64,000 nt of DNA from Haliotis rufescens (lineage: Eukaryota): contig NW_025963779.1 in NCBI RefSeq assembly GCF_023055435.1, forward strand, positions 81,282,001-81,346,000, in the 5' to 3' direction. The position numbers and the translations under genes were made by a program. Below the pieces are notes generated by a model that saw only the letters and a program-made list of their open reading frames with translations, did no database searches and had not been told where the DNA came from. Below, one piece after another: positions 1-13,082 of the stretch. Position 1 is the first letter of the stretch. Each line of letters begins with the position of its first letter.

Positions 1-2130
1 TACAAGCTTTACCACAACTTAGCGTGACGAAAAGCCAGTAACTTGGCGCACAGTCCAATCAAATAAAAGTGTGGTTCATGCATAAACCTCGCTTTGTACC
101 TGACTCGGGCTAATCGGAAACGAATGTCAGAAATGTCGAGGAGGAATATTTAGTATATGAGGGCTGAGATGGCATAACGAATGCCGTAAAGTGGGGTTAG
201 GCGGAAATAGCACCTCCGAAAAACGATCCCATGCGAGATGGGACTACTTAATACATTGGGGTGATCTTGGTAATGGCTTATGTAACAAGGTGTAAACCGC
301 CGATAGCGCGCATTGATCAGCAATTCAAGTCTCATTGGGTCATTTATCAAGTTCCTGTTGAGAATAGAAGATAAGGGCGGGGTATTCGTTAACGGACCAT
401 GATCTGTTCGTAGACTGTATGGAATTGAGTTTCAGGATGAATACAAGACAGCCACAAAAGACCATTTTCTTGTACTTATATTCAAACCATGTGTTTACAT
501 GCTTGGGCTACGTAAGTTGATTAAATATTATAAATCTGTGTCACTTTAGTTGATCTTATTGATATCCAGCACGTTATTGTTGGAAACTTCTTAATAATTC
601 AGTTCGGTCCAGTGACAAACGGAATCACCAGAGCGAAATTAATCTTTTTTTAACGCTGGACTCAGAAAGATTACAGGCATAACACGACGGGTTCTGTATG
701 CCCGACAGCAGGAACAACCAGGCATGCCATTGATGTTCTATAATACCCCGGATCAGCCAGATCCTTAGTTTAGTCGGGTCTTTCGACAAACATGGGAACT
801 TGGGAATTTCCAAAACTAGGGCGCCATAAGTGTCATTTGTGAATTATGCTCAAGAGGGTAACTGAAACCGTTTCCTATAAAATGACCCTTAAATGAACCA
901 CAAACTGTAATACCCCCGCATTCACAACATCAGACTGAACCTCTACGCTACAATGACCGCCCAAATGAATTATGTAATTTTATATAAACTTTTAACGGTA
1001 TCAGAGTAACTACAAATCGTCGTGCCTTTCACATTCCCTTTCAAGGTTTTTAACGAAGTCGGTTTTACCCGCAGACATTTTATAAATCTGCAATAAAAAA
1101 TCCGTTTCTGTATAGGGAATCGTTAAGTTCATAAATAGAAAATAAACTTTCCTGTAAACATGCATTTACGATTGAAATCTGCACTACGTTGATGTATGCT
1201 TCAGCTACAATGTATATTATTTTACGACAAAACCTACTCAAACCTTGATATCTACATCATACAACCGTACTTTACTTCCCCATTTACGACGTCAGTCAGC
1301 GGATATATTGCTTCTAGTCGGTGATATTAACGACCCAACCATCCCGCTGTGACAAGAATATGAACCAGAGTTCAGATTCATTTTGTAACCATCAATAATG
1401 CCGGGTCTGCGTTGTGTTTTATCCTGATTAAGTCGGAATGTATTCGTCTCCTTAATCCACACAAGTAATAACCTTTACCCAAAAGCAATAATTCGAAGGA
1501 AAACGTCTCTTTTTCTAGGCGGCCGTCCTATCGATAACTACAATCACACGACCACTTCATCCGAAGTGGATTATTGACGTCAATAATCGGAATTAAGTTC
1601 TGTACAACCGTGACCAATGGGCGATTAGTGGATCTGGTAAAATCAGAAGAACCCACTCACAGATTTAATAAAACACAAAAATAAATTGTAAATATGAGTA
1701 AGAGAGTAGGCCCTGAATCCGCTGTGAACAATATTATGCAATCCGGAGATACAATGGTGTGTTAGATTCTAATATATAGTCGGATGTTTCGCCTGTTATT
1801 GAGCTCGGGTGGTCTTGGAAATGTTTTCAGGGTGACTGGATTTTCATGAGTCATCACGAACAATTCTGGGGTACAGAGTAGAACAGTCGTCTTTAGCGTC
1901 TCTCAGGTGTATCGAGATCCGGAGATCGTGGGTTCCAACCCGGGTTCTCCATGGTAATGGTCCTTGTCATGTCATTACCATAGCCATCCTGGAGGGTTTC
2001 ACAAACGTTGACCATCTCTGCGACCTGCGTAAAATGTGGCTTTTGACTTCCTCGCTCACTCACCCACTCACTCAACCACAAAACCCACTAACTCAAACAC
2101 CCACCAACCAACTCATTCACTCATGCACTC

Positions 2131-2397
2131 GACCGCCTCCGTAGTCAAGTGGAAGTACGTCTGCCCGGAGGGCGGAAGTTCTTGGTTCGATCCTTGGCCG
2201 CGTCACACCAAAAGACGTTAATAGATGGCACTTGTTTTTACCCTGCCTGGTGCTCGGCATTAAGTGGATAAAACAAGGACTGGTCAGTTCAAACTGCGGC
2301 AGAGTATCTCAGTGGGCATTAGTCCGGACGAGTACAAACGTCCACACATACGTGCTTGCACGTCGATATATAACTGTAATAATCTTGAACCTCACCT
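2131..2397 (+). mobile_element. SINE family A, degenerate and internally deleted, within decayed (ACTC)n
   Basis: GACCGCCTCCGT head, GGTTCGATCC B box and CAAAAGACGTTAA...GCTCGGCATTAAG. Confidence 0.8.
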
Positions 2398-3556
2398 CTC
2401 TCACTCACTCACTCACCAACAAACCCACCTAAGCACGAACCCCCTCAGTCATCCACCCACATACACAATATCCCTCCCAATAACTCACTCACTCACCCAT
2501 TCACTCTTGTGAACACAGATTCAGCCCAATAGAATCTGACAGACTTGAATATTAAAACCAATGCGGACAATACGATAAGTCTTGAAATGAATCTAATCTC
2601 CATGTTTACTTGTTGTGGACACTTGTACATGAAAGTAAATGCCGATGGCGATATACGCACCAGATGAAATATGTTATATATTAGACATTGGACACTCACT
2701 CAACCCCTCTCTACGATTCATATAGTGCCATCATAAACACGAGTTGATACTGACGCACACAACTGATGTAGCCTCATCACCTTACAACTACTCAAACACC
2801 CCCCGACCGAGGACTCACGTAGGCGAGGTACCGACACTCCAGTGTTGAGTGATGCGGACATCACCCGGAGATGAATATTTCATAGACACTCGCACAGGTA
2901 ATTAAATGGCAGCAGCTAGTCATCAATATTACAATGTGTGTTCGCGTGTTGCTGACAACCTGATTATTTTCAGAGATGACTGGGGACGATGGGCCCACGG
3001 GCTGGTTCTGCAGGTGATGGCGACGACACTGAAATACATAATCATTTATTACAAAGCCACGTGTTTGGAATTCCTGGTTATGAAATACCGTAACAGTTCT
3101 TCTTCGTAAGTGAAGATAATCATAATAATCATAATCACCGAAGCCGTCAGTGTGTGATTTTGCATCAAAATGTAAATATGAAATGTAGATTATGCAATGA
3201 ATTTAATTAGACTGTCCAACACATTGTCAGTGGATGCCCAGATTTGGCACACACACAGTATCTTAAGCGACATGATAGTGGCTCAATCCCAGGCTTCCAA
3301 TTATCGGCATTATGATGGCAAGCATGTCTAAACAATTTAAACATTATTGAAGTTTTTCTAAACTCATCTATACGTGCCAACTGAGTTTTCCAATAAATTA
3401 TGCACATTTTGGAATGCTCCTCTGCCGTGTGTAAACCAATGAGGACACCTTGATATCAGATTCAGTTTTTAGTATGGCCAAATTTGCCATTTGTCGTCAG
3501 TTTGTCAGACACATGCTGTATAAGAATTTTATGGTGGGGTTACCCAAAAACGTCAC

Positions 3557-3557
3557 G

Positions 3558-3606
<49 letters not shown>

Positions 3607-3621
3607 GGTGGTGGTGGTGGT
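3557..3621 (+). repeat. (GTT)n(GTG)n compound microsatellite
   Basis: Directly visible. Confidence 0.97.
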
Positions 3622-3642
3622 ATTGTTTTTGTTGCACTTCAC

Positions 3643-3737
3643 CAATCTCATTAAAATCAGATCGTAACCCGTAATGGGATGTCATTAGATCTTTGTTTAG
3701 CGGTAGCGAGAACTAAGATCTGATTTTAATGAGATTG
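3643..3737. mobile_element. 95-bp MITE with perfect 21-bp TIRs and 9-bp TSD
   Basis: CAATCTCATTAAAATCAGATC ... GATCTGATTTTAATGAGATTG, flanked by GCACTTCAC at 3634-3642 and 3738-3746. Confidence 0.85.
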
Positions 3738-4364
3738 GCACTTCACTGAATCTTGGTGCCCGATTTTTCTATAAATGGTCCACACATGTGTTTCTGATTT
3801 GTAAGTTGTCGTTTCTCAAAAGGCAACACGCATTCAAATTAAGAAAATATTACGAGGTTCACAAGATTGACACTCCGCTTGAGTCATAATGACGTTGAAT
3901 AGTATTTAACCTTGCTCTAGGCTCCTGAGCGACTCTCAAACTGCAACCTAAGTACTTTATCTCTACTCAGCAACCACTTCAATGTGTCCGTGTTGAGTTT
4001 AAGCTTGCGGCTTGTCGGTTGAAAAGTGATGCAGGTGGTTTGCCCTTTGCCACTTTTGTCCAATCATGTTCGCAAGTATGGTGCGGAGAAGTCAAAGGAT
4101 CAAACGTACAGCCAAAGTGGACTGGAAACTACAATCAGCAGATCCTTGCACGATTGCACAGCGAATTGCAACCATCAAATACTCACATAAGATAGTTTGT
4201 CTTGCTCTATAGTCTGAGGCAATTATCAAGAGTTTAAACTGAGCTATTTATTATAATTGCTTCTATTGTGTATAATGCATATTGTAATCGTACATGCAAG
4301 TGACGACAACTCGGTAGCTTGCAGTATATGTATATGCAATTTACATGACGATAAATACAATTTT

Positions 4365-4606
4365 GGTTTGTTTTTTTGTTGTTTAACGCCGTACTAAGCA
4401 ATATTCAAGCTGTATGACGGCGGTCTGTAAATAATAGCGTCTGAACCAGACACGCCAGTGATTGACACCATGAGCATCGATTCACACAATTGGGACACGA
4501 TGACATGCATCAACCAAGTCAGCGAGCCTGACCACCCGATCCCGTTAGTCGCCTAACAAGCATTTGGGTTGCTGAAGACCAAATCTAACTCGGATCTTCA
4601 GGGGTC
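4365..4606 (-). mobile_element. SINE-like family D
   Basis: Reverse-complement match to 15571-15817 with the same 5' end. Confidence 0.85.
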
Positions 4607-5279
4607 GACAAAGAATAAGAAAAAAATATAAACAGTTGTACGTAATAATGAGGCATGACACCGTTGCACAGCTCGTTAAGGATGCGTGACGAGCATGCAC
4701 AATACAATAAAGATAGTAGTCGTTTGCCTTTGCATCTTTTCTTATAAGTTTTAAGAAGAATTAAGAAGTGTAATGTCCCCATGTCTTGTGTGGACATATC
4801 ATGGTTCATTGGACAGTCTATTGTATCTACTTTACCATGATGTGGTGACCAAGAAAGGTCCATATTTGTGTAATGCCATGTCACGTGACTCCACTAACAA
4901 AAAACCCAAAACAAATAAAAAACCTTTTATTTAAATATATAAATCAGTCATATATTGTAATGCTTTCAACATAAAAGGTGATGACATATTTCGAATTATA
5001 AAAATTAATAACAAAAAGCCAATGGTATAAAGAATCGAAAATCATATTTTGGGGTAAAAATTGGCTTTTTCTTTTAAAAATGTAGTGATTTTGAGATTAC
5101 ACATGGGTTATTCACACAGTTAAATTACTAAGAATCGCTATGCCTACATAGGCAAGGCAAGGTATTCTCTTTAAAACATTCATTTGGTTTTGTAACCAGG
5201 TTATGCATGACCAATAACCAAATCGAAATGGCAATACAAACCAAATAACCAAACAAGCAAAGAAAACCCCGTTGTATCT

Positions 5280-7500
5280 AGGGTGTCATCTCCCCTTCAA
5301 AGTACACAGATACAAGAGCATCATTCTCCAAGGTCTGGTTTTGCACACTCTGCTTTCCCAACATGTGCGTCTTACATGTTGTGTGAAACTATCCCCAAAA
5401 GGAAGCAGTTTGGCAAGATTCACATCATGTTTGACGGACATCTTTGCTCTCAGACTGTTCAGATTACCGTCGCTTACCTTGATCTCTCCCCTTAGGATCA
5501 TATAACTGTGCTGTGATGATTCTTGCTGCTGGTAGTGATTCTTCTGACTGGATCCTGTCAAACAGTGCTATGTTTAAACGTTGTCTCTGACAATGCCAAA
5601 GAAGACGGAAGTGTTGTCACATCCAGTTGAAACGTGGCTACTTGGTACTTTCTCACAGAGAACAGGCGATTCAGCATAGCAGATTTCGTGAACAGGTATG
5701 AAGTTTCGCAAAGTTTACATCTTTGACAATGTGCCTGTCTCAACCCATAATTCTGGTCATTTTAGCATTGTGGATGACAAGGACAAGAAAATCAGTGCCA
5801 GGTGTCTTCAGTGTGTGCTGACCTTGAATGGAGCTAAAAGCAAAGTCCATGCATGCATACAATGAAGGATCGTAGGGGTGTCAGCTTCTCCATGGTGACC
5901 AAGGAGGGTATCTTCTTCCTCCTCACCATTGACCATTGCATAGTCACAGAGAAATCTACCGAGAGACTGCTTGTTAATGACAAAGTTAATTAATGTCTTC
6001 CAGAATAATACACCTCGACCACCAAGAACTTGATATCCAGCTCCAGTTCCTGTTCTTCTGTTTCTTTCCCCAGGTTTAACTTATTCATCATGGTCGAAGC
6101 TGTCTAAAACAATACATCTGTTTCGTTAAAACGATGAATGAGTTGGCTGAGGTACGTGTCTGCGAACATGTCAGATGACATCAACTGGAGTACACTGTTT
6201 CGTTGGACGTACCTGATGACATTTGAGTGTACTTCGGTGTTTAACTCTCCAGTTTGTGTCCAATTTGATCTGGTAATGGGACAGTAAAAGCTGCGGCTTG
6301 TATTCATTTTCATAAACTTTTCCAGGTGCTTTTCACCTGTTTCTTTAATGGCCACTAGGGAGCGATGCACGTTCACTGACACATGCACACCAGTCGTAAT
6401 ATTCAGGAGTACTTCAGGATGAGAATCTGTATTAAACGGATCTGTCATATTGTTCTGGATTATTTTCATTAGATCATTTACGTTCACTCCTCGTGTTGTC
6501 GTCAGTGTTGCTTGACAGACCCCGTCCACCTCATGGTGTGTCAAGCAAGTATAAGTGCTGATGGCTTATGTGTTAGGCCAACACCACACCCATAACTCCT
6601 GAGTCACTGGTGACAGTATTCTCGACTCCCACGACGGTCCATATATCATTAAATCGTCCAGGTTTCCCCTGAAAGTGAACTGTCCCGTTTCAAATGCGTC
6701 TTTGACAGCGTCGGGTATGTGTAACATGTTCAGAATGTAAACTTTAGTCAACGATCATAGTTTGTTCGATTCGGTCTGTACAGATATGGAACTATTGCAC
6801 TTCAGGTAAACATGGTGAGATCCCAATCCCCTGCTCTCTACGCCCTCTCTATGCTCTCTCTATGCTCTCTCTGTTTTGGGGGGCGGTCGGGTAGCCTAGT
6901 GGTTAAAGCGTTCGCTCGTCACGCCGAAGACCCGGGTTCGATTCCCGACATGGGTACAATGTGTGAAGCCCATTTCTGGTGTCCCCCGCCGTGATATTGC
7001 TGGAATATTGCTAAAAGCGGCGTAAAACCATACTCACTCACTCACTCACTCACTCACTCTCTGTTTTGCAAAAGGATTTGTACTGCCTCAATGAGTTTTA
7101 GCCAAACTACAGAGGTTGGAGAAGCCTTACTTTCACTTTACTGATATTCAAGAAACATTGTCATGGTGCACAATAAGAAACCCTAATTCAGAATGGATGG
7201 AAGCTTCTCGGATTCCATTCATCATTCTCATAAATCTACCGTGTTGTGACGAGTGTTTCCCAGAAATGCATAGGTACTTCTTTAAGAGTATTCTTTCCAC
7301 ACCAGTCAAAGAAAGCCATGAAGAGACACGAGAGCTTAAGAGAGTAATGTCAGTCCTTGGACTGAGAGATGAAACTGTTTTACCCCAACTGCTCAAATGT
7401 ACATGAGGCGTAAACTCCAGAATCAGTTAGCACGTCTCGCAAGCCACCATCTCCCAATAACTTTCCAAGGACAGCAACGTTTAAATACTCACAATAAGTC
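5280..7500 (-). pseudogene. Decayed large ORF of a widespread invertebrate TE-associated protein family with PIN/FEN-like acidic motifs
   Basis: Ordered minus-strand fragments broken by frameshifts and stops: LGKLLGDGGLRDVLTDSGVY, RAGDWDL, NRTNY, AFETGQFT, DPF..LLNITTG, HGEADTPTILH, TPGTDFLVL, LLPFGDSFTQHVRR. Interrupted by a SINE. I cannot name the superfamily. Confidence 0.6.
6879..7056 (+). mobile_element. Short tRNA-derived SINE family B
   Basis: A box TAGCCTAGTGG, B box GGTTCGATTCC, (ACTC)n tail and 12-bp TSD CTCTCTGTTTTG. Confidence 0.9.
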
Positions 7501-8154
7501 CATGCCCTAGGATAACTACGTTTTCCAATCCGCCACTAAGAGGGACCATTTATTATTTGAAAATAACCATAAATGGATTTGTTTTATTTTCATTTATACC
7601 GTCATTACTTTGATTGCTCACTTATGAAAATAGCTGTTTACAAAAACAACAACATTTCTAATTTTTTTTTATATAAAATTACATATAAAATGTCAAAGAT
7701 GACCATTACAACAATTTCCCTTACCTTTGTTTCGGAAAATTATACTTTTTTTATTGTTATTTTTTTGGATATTTTGTTTATTGCGAAATGAGTCATTGCA
7801 AACTACAGTGCGATAACTGAAATAATTATATTTTAAATCGTATGCATTATAGAGAGATTTTAATCGGAATATTAATGAAATGTTTTACATAAAAATCGCC
7901 TTTTTTTCTATTTTTTTACTTGTGACAAAGTTCAACAATATTGGTGTCGTTTTACAAAGGAACACATTAAAGAATTTTCGTAATATCTTTGGTTGCATCA
8001 TATGACAGATTAAAATAATTTATAATGTACTACCTAATATTTCTAGATTGACCTCAAATTCCCCCAAATAGGACCACCTTTGGCCAGCACATCAGGACAC
8101 ATAATAATCCACGTACAATGAGCTTTCCTAGAAGCCATATTATGTCCAAACAAG

Positions 8155-8500
8155 GTGAAATTGGGTTTAACGTCGCGTCCAAGATTATTGCACTTATATA
8201 GCGACGTGCATGCACGTGTATGTGTGTGTGTGGCTGCTTGTACTAGTCCGGACTGATGCCGATTTATAGTGCTAGCTCACTGAGATACCATGCCGCAGTT
8301 TAACATGAATACCCCACTCAGACACAGTATACTGACTCCGAGCCGACCAGTCCTTGTTTTAGCCCCTTAATGCCGAGCGCCAGACAGGGTAACAACAAGT
8401 ACAATCTTTTAACGTCTTTTTGTATGACGCGGCCCGGGATCGAACCCTGGACCTTCCGCTCTCCGGGCGGACGCTCTACCACAAGACCACGGAGGCGGTC
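8155..8500 (-). mobile_element. SINE family A, full length
   Basis: 12-bp TSD TGTCCAAACAAG (8143-8154 and 8503-8514). Confidence 0.92.
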
Positions 8501-10931
8501 CCTGTCCAAACAAGAGATGGGGGCATTAAGCCGACTCCCCTCCATAGACATACACATCATTGTAATTAGCCTTTTAAAATAAGAATTTACATTCAGACCT
8601 AGCTTTCCATCAATAGGTCACTATGACAATGGTGTAATGTAGCGTTCGTGTTATCGCTTTGACCACGCCCTCAAAGCCTTTCAATGATATTGCACTGTGA
8701 ATCAAAGCTCATGCGTCGTTAATACGTATTCGTTAGGTCTGTTGTATTGTATGGGTCCTGGCATGGTGAGCTTTAGCGCCGTTGTGACATTTTATAAGAT
8801 TTATTCGACTGTATGCCACTGTGAAATACCCTGTGCCAGAATAGAAAAATACCCGTTCAGCATTATTAATATATATTTAACGAGTTGAAGGTTATCAGAA
8901 ATATGGATTCACACAAAACGATTTAGCACCGAGTGAAAAGAAATTGTTCGTGCTTAAAGGTGATTCTGGAATAAATAATTAAGTAGAAAGTGACTCCATA
9001 CGTTATCCTTGTATACAATATTTGCAGAATGTTTTGCGTATTGATTTCCTGAAACAGCAAAAGCAGCATGCCCCCGCGTTTTTTTCCTATATAACACCGT
9101 GGAAAGAATACTTTCTTCCGATAATGGTGTTTGTCACGTTTAGTGAAAGGTATACATATCAGTATACTAAAGGCTAAAAGCCAATTAGGCAACCACTCCA
9201 AGTTACATCGAATGCAGTATTATACACACGTTGATGGTTGTGTATGAATATCATACCTAATATACATACCAACATGCATATGGTGGTTCATATTTGAAAA
9301 CAGTGCCCTGACCTAGACAAACTTTATTAGGTTGTTTTAGTGTTTCATTAAAATCCTTATAAGGTGATGTGCTTAGATTTGGTAATAGCACTATTTTATA
9401 GTGATAGCGATTGATAAGCACATGCTTATGCTATAGTTGGAATCATTCAACGGACTCTTAGTTTTCTTATGATTGTGGAAATGGTTTTGTCGCTTTCATC
9501 ATTATGTTAATTCGGTGCGAACATACCACTAACTTCCACCTCGTATTTACTGTTATTGGTATGTGTAAGTATATTTTAGGATTAAACGTAGATACAACAA
9601 ACATTGTATACGCAAGGTCATTGGAAAGAAACATGCATTCGCTGAAATATAATATTAATCTGAATTCCTTTTACATGTATAATCGAAACAAAATACAGTT
9701 TCCAGATCGCTTGAAACTGTAAACATGCATGCAGAAACAAAGTTCTTATAAATGTCAGAGGTTTCTGCATTCTCGTATCTGTCTCACGCTGGAACATTAG
9801 AGCTATACAGCTGTGACCACACGCGTGAATTCTAATCTCACAGAACGTGTCTATGATAGATTAGTTGTCTGGAATATTGGCAGGACTGGTATGTACAGCC
9901 AGGTATCAATTAATCGATCATATCCGATGCCGTGCTGTTACGGCCACAAACCGTCGTGTTTCCTGCCTGAAAGTGATTGAAAGCGGAACCTGTGTTCAGC
10001 CATTGATCGAAAACCGAACAAAAACCGGACAAGGGGCACGTACTAATTTCGTCGTGTTTGGCGTTTCAGTGGTAAAAATGGGCAATAAATGTGATGCTTG
10101 GATCCACAACGTGACAAAACGAGACCGTAATTATGCAAAGTGTGGTACATCAAATTGAAACTGGCGTCGAAACACTGAATATCCTAGCATATAAAATATC
10201 TTCCGCTTTGATTTATGCATCGCTTGTCCTATTATATTACCTAGAGAAAACAACGATATTGACACTTCATCTTACCAATTTTCGCATATACACTTACATT
10301 GCACAGACAAACTGATACCTGTATGGTTTTTACGTTTACCGAAAGACACCAAACTATACTTGAGGTAATGTTTGTAAAATGCAAACGACAAAGGCTGGAG
10401 CTACTTGAATATTGCTCGACATGAAGGGAAAGTTGACTATTGGATAGTTGAAATCATCTCTCTTGTCATACAGCCATGTGGGGAGTGTTTTGTCACTCAG
10501 AATCTTTATGCATAGATCTAAACATGAAACAAACGAGGCGGTCTCACTGGTCTCCTTGTTCAGGTGGACAAATTAGTGGAAGGGAATTGGCTATTTGATG
10601 GTTATTGAACTATATCAGATCATCGATATACCCAAAGCTTAAGTTAAACTTCCTGGTCAAATTAGCTTGCTTTGACTTTGCCAATCCGAGCAGAAATTCC
10701 GATTCATATGCCTAAACAAACAACAGCGCATGAAGAGGAGACAGTTGGTGGAATGGGAAGATTCCATTCATACACATCAGCCTGTGAGAGATCCGTGAAA
10801 TTGTTGATGTGTTGATCTCGTCGCGATAGAGGCCTTCCAATTGCACCCCACACATGTTCTACGGGATTATTAACGGGGCTCTGACTTGACCAATCCATTG
10901 CGTCAATGCTGAGATGTTGTTTGAGGTCCTG

Positions 10932-11038
10932 GGCCCACTTGCACAAAACGATCTTAGCGCTAAGATGATCCTAACTCCCATACTTTAACATAGGCTTACG
11001 GTAGTCATAGCGCTAAGATTGCTTTGTGCAAGTGGGGC
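10932..11038. mobile_element. Harbinger/Tourist-type MITE
   Basis: 16-bp TIR GGCCCACTTGCACAAA / TTTGTGCAAGTGGGGC, CTG 3-bp TSD; second copy at 12970. Confidence 0.85.
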
Positions 11039-11679
11039 CTGAACCGCCCGAGCCCGGTTTTGACGAGAATTATCATTCTAGTGAATGTGTGGGGTGAGCG
11101 TGTATGAATAGACTGACGGTGTTTTCGATGATGTTACTGCTGTACTTATCTCCATTTATCGTCCGACGGATCGCTTTGATCTCGATTTTGGCATTATACG
11201 CGATGGCAGCCCACACCATTTATGATCCACCAACTCTAGCTACAGTAGGCAAAACGTATCGAGAGTCCGTCCGTCAGCAACGTGGGGAATGAGCCTGGAT
11301 TCTTAAGACCAAATCACCCGTCGCCACGTGGATTCATTTCAGCATAGACGCTGTTCGGCCCACAACAGACGATCACGCAAGCTAATCCGTGATGTTTCAC
11401 TCTACGTGCTTTCGGATGGTCACCATGCATTCTCGTATTCGCCAAATCACGTGACACACTAACACTTTGGCCTTACTGATTTGTTGAATGGAATGGATCT
11501 ACACGAGCCATTCTCTGCAGCCAACAATCCTCCGCGTATGCGCCTTCTTTGGTTGACCTTGACCTCGTCTGACCTTCCTCCTCATTTTGAATATGTTCCA
11601 GAAAAAAACTACTCACAACGTTATGACGCATATTCATTGGTGTCGCTATCTAAGTGACATTATTCCATCCTTCATACCA

Positions 11680-11846
11680 CTGACTGACTGAGTATGGTTT
11701 TACGCCGCTTTTAGCAATATTCGAGCAATATCACGGCGGGAGACACCAGAAATGGGCTTCACACATTGTACCCATGTCGGGAATCGAACCCTGGTCTTCG
11801 GCGTGACGAGCGAACGCTTTAACCACTAGGCTACCCGACCGCCCCC
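11680..11846 (-). mobile_element. SINE family B
   Basis: Reverse complement of 6879-7056; TSD CCTTCATACCA. Confidence 0.9.
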
Positions 11847-12586
11847 TTCATACCAATAATTTTACTTTTATTGGCTTCAGACATGTTCTTGTGGTCCATT
11901 ATGCTACAGGCCAAACACGGTCCTATGGTGACACATAAGCGTGCAGATCGTGTTACCGTGATGGGTATTTTACTAGGTGTGTGATAGCCAAACGTACCGG
12001 GTTTGAATTTGGTTCACTTATTTATGACATGGCCATACATTTGGTGTTGCTTCAAATCTTTCCTTCAGTATACATACGGATCATGATGTTAATAAGGGCG
12101 TATCTGGAATTCGAACCCACGATCCGATGATCCTGGAACGCCTAATCAGGCACAGCTATCATTGCCGCAAGTAAATGGTAAAATGATGAACCTGCGTCGA
12201 AACGATTCTAATGCAATATGCATGACAACTTGCTCTAACATTCTGACAACTGCGCGACCTGTAACGATCATTAGAAGAAACGTATGTTTTGCTTCAGATC
12301 AATGTGGCTCAATGAGAACACTGTTATTAAACTTCAACCAATGCATCATTTTGAAGCAAATAACACGTTGAATAAGTCATGATTCAACGACAGAGGAAAT
12401 GTAAGCGGATAAAACCAGTAATCAAATCTGGTGGAAACGAAGTACAATCAATCAGTGTTAAAGACTAGTGTTAGCCACAATTCATCTGCATTAATATCTT
12501 GTCAATACAGAAGTTCTGTTCCCTGTACTCTGCTCGATACACCAAGCCAGACAGGTACAACCCCTGGAGTTATCATATCAGCGTAC

Positions 12587-12871
12587 GGGGGCACGGGTGG
12601 CCCAGTCGTCTAAGGCGCCGCGATTCGCTGTGCAGAGTTGCGTCCCTTGGGCACGCCAGAAACCTATGATTGTGGGTTCGAATCCCGGTTCGCCCCGAAC
12701 CCAAAGGTTCGTCTAGGTTTGTCAGCACCATACCCGTGCTCGTGGGTTTCACCGAAGTGGTAAACGTCTGAGACTGCTTCACTTCGGGCTTTCCTCCCAC
12801 ATTAAGCTGACACGCCGTGATGTAACTGGAATACTGTTAAAAGCGGCGTAAAACCCAACTCACTCACTCAC
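12587..12871 (+). mobile_element. tRNA-derived SINE family C (possibly Meta-domain)
   Basis: A box GGTGGCCCAGTCGTCTAAGGCGC, B box GGTTCGAATCC, TTTCCTCCCAC core, (ACTC)n tail and 14-bp TSD TCATATCAGCGTAC. Confidence 0.88.
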
Positions 12872-12969
12872 TCATATCAGCGTACATTTTTAGCTTACAT
12901 TGTACCTTGACCTTACGTTTTGGGCATAAAATTCTCGAAGGATTTCGGTGAAAGGTTGTAATAGTTCTG

Positions 12970-13082
12970 GGCCCACTTGCAGAAAGCGATCTTAGCACTA
13001 AGATGATCGTATACGTAGCTTCCATACTTTAACAAAGGCTTGCAATAGTCTTAGCGCTAAGGTGGCTTTATGCACGTGGGCC
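12970..13082. mobile_element. Harbinger/Tourist-type MITE, second copy
   Basis: GGCCCACTTGCA...TGCACGTGGGCC with CTG TSD; internal match to 10932-11038. Confidence 0.85.

Larger units (their letters stand above)
10700..12071 (-). mobile_element. Degenerate Tc1/mariner transposon remnant
   Basis: Minus-strand motifs GGS.MVWAAIAY, NDNSRQNRAR (QDNARPH-like) and DWSSQSPVNNPVEHVW (WPSQSPDLNPIEHVW-like). Possible TA-flanked end near 12071. Interrupted by a MITE and a SINE; boundaries approximate. Confidence 0.75.

Noticed and set aside
1-1850. Possible coding or retroelement remnant at the window start (also 13400-14450)
   Set aside because: I could not identify any diagnostic motif by eye; a BLASTX search is needed.
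3450-3685. Poly-Leu and poly-Asn/His ORFs
   Set aside because: Translations of the (GTT)n(GTG)n microsatellite.
6879-6955. tRNA genes at the A/B-box sequences (also 12587, 18338 and others)
   Set aside because: They continue into SINE bodies with tails and TSDs, and no complete acceptor stem was found.
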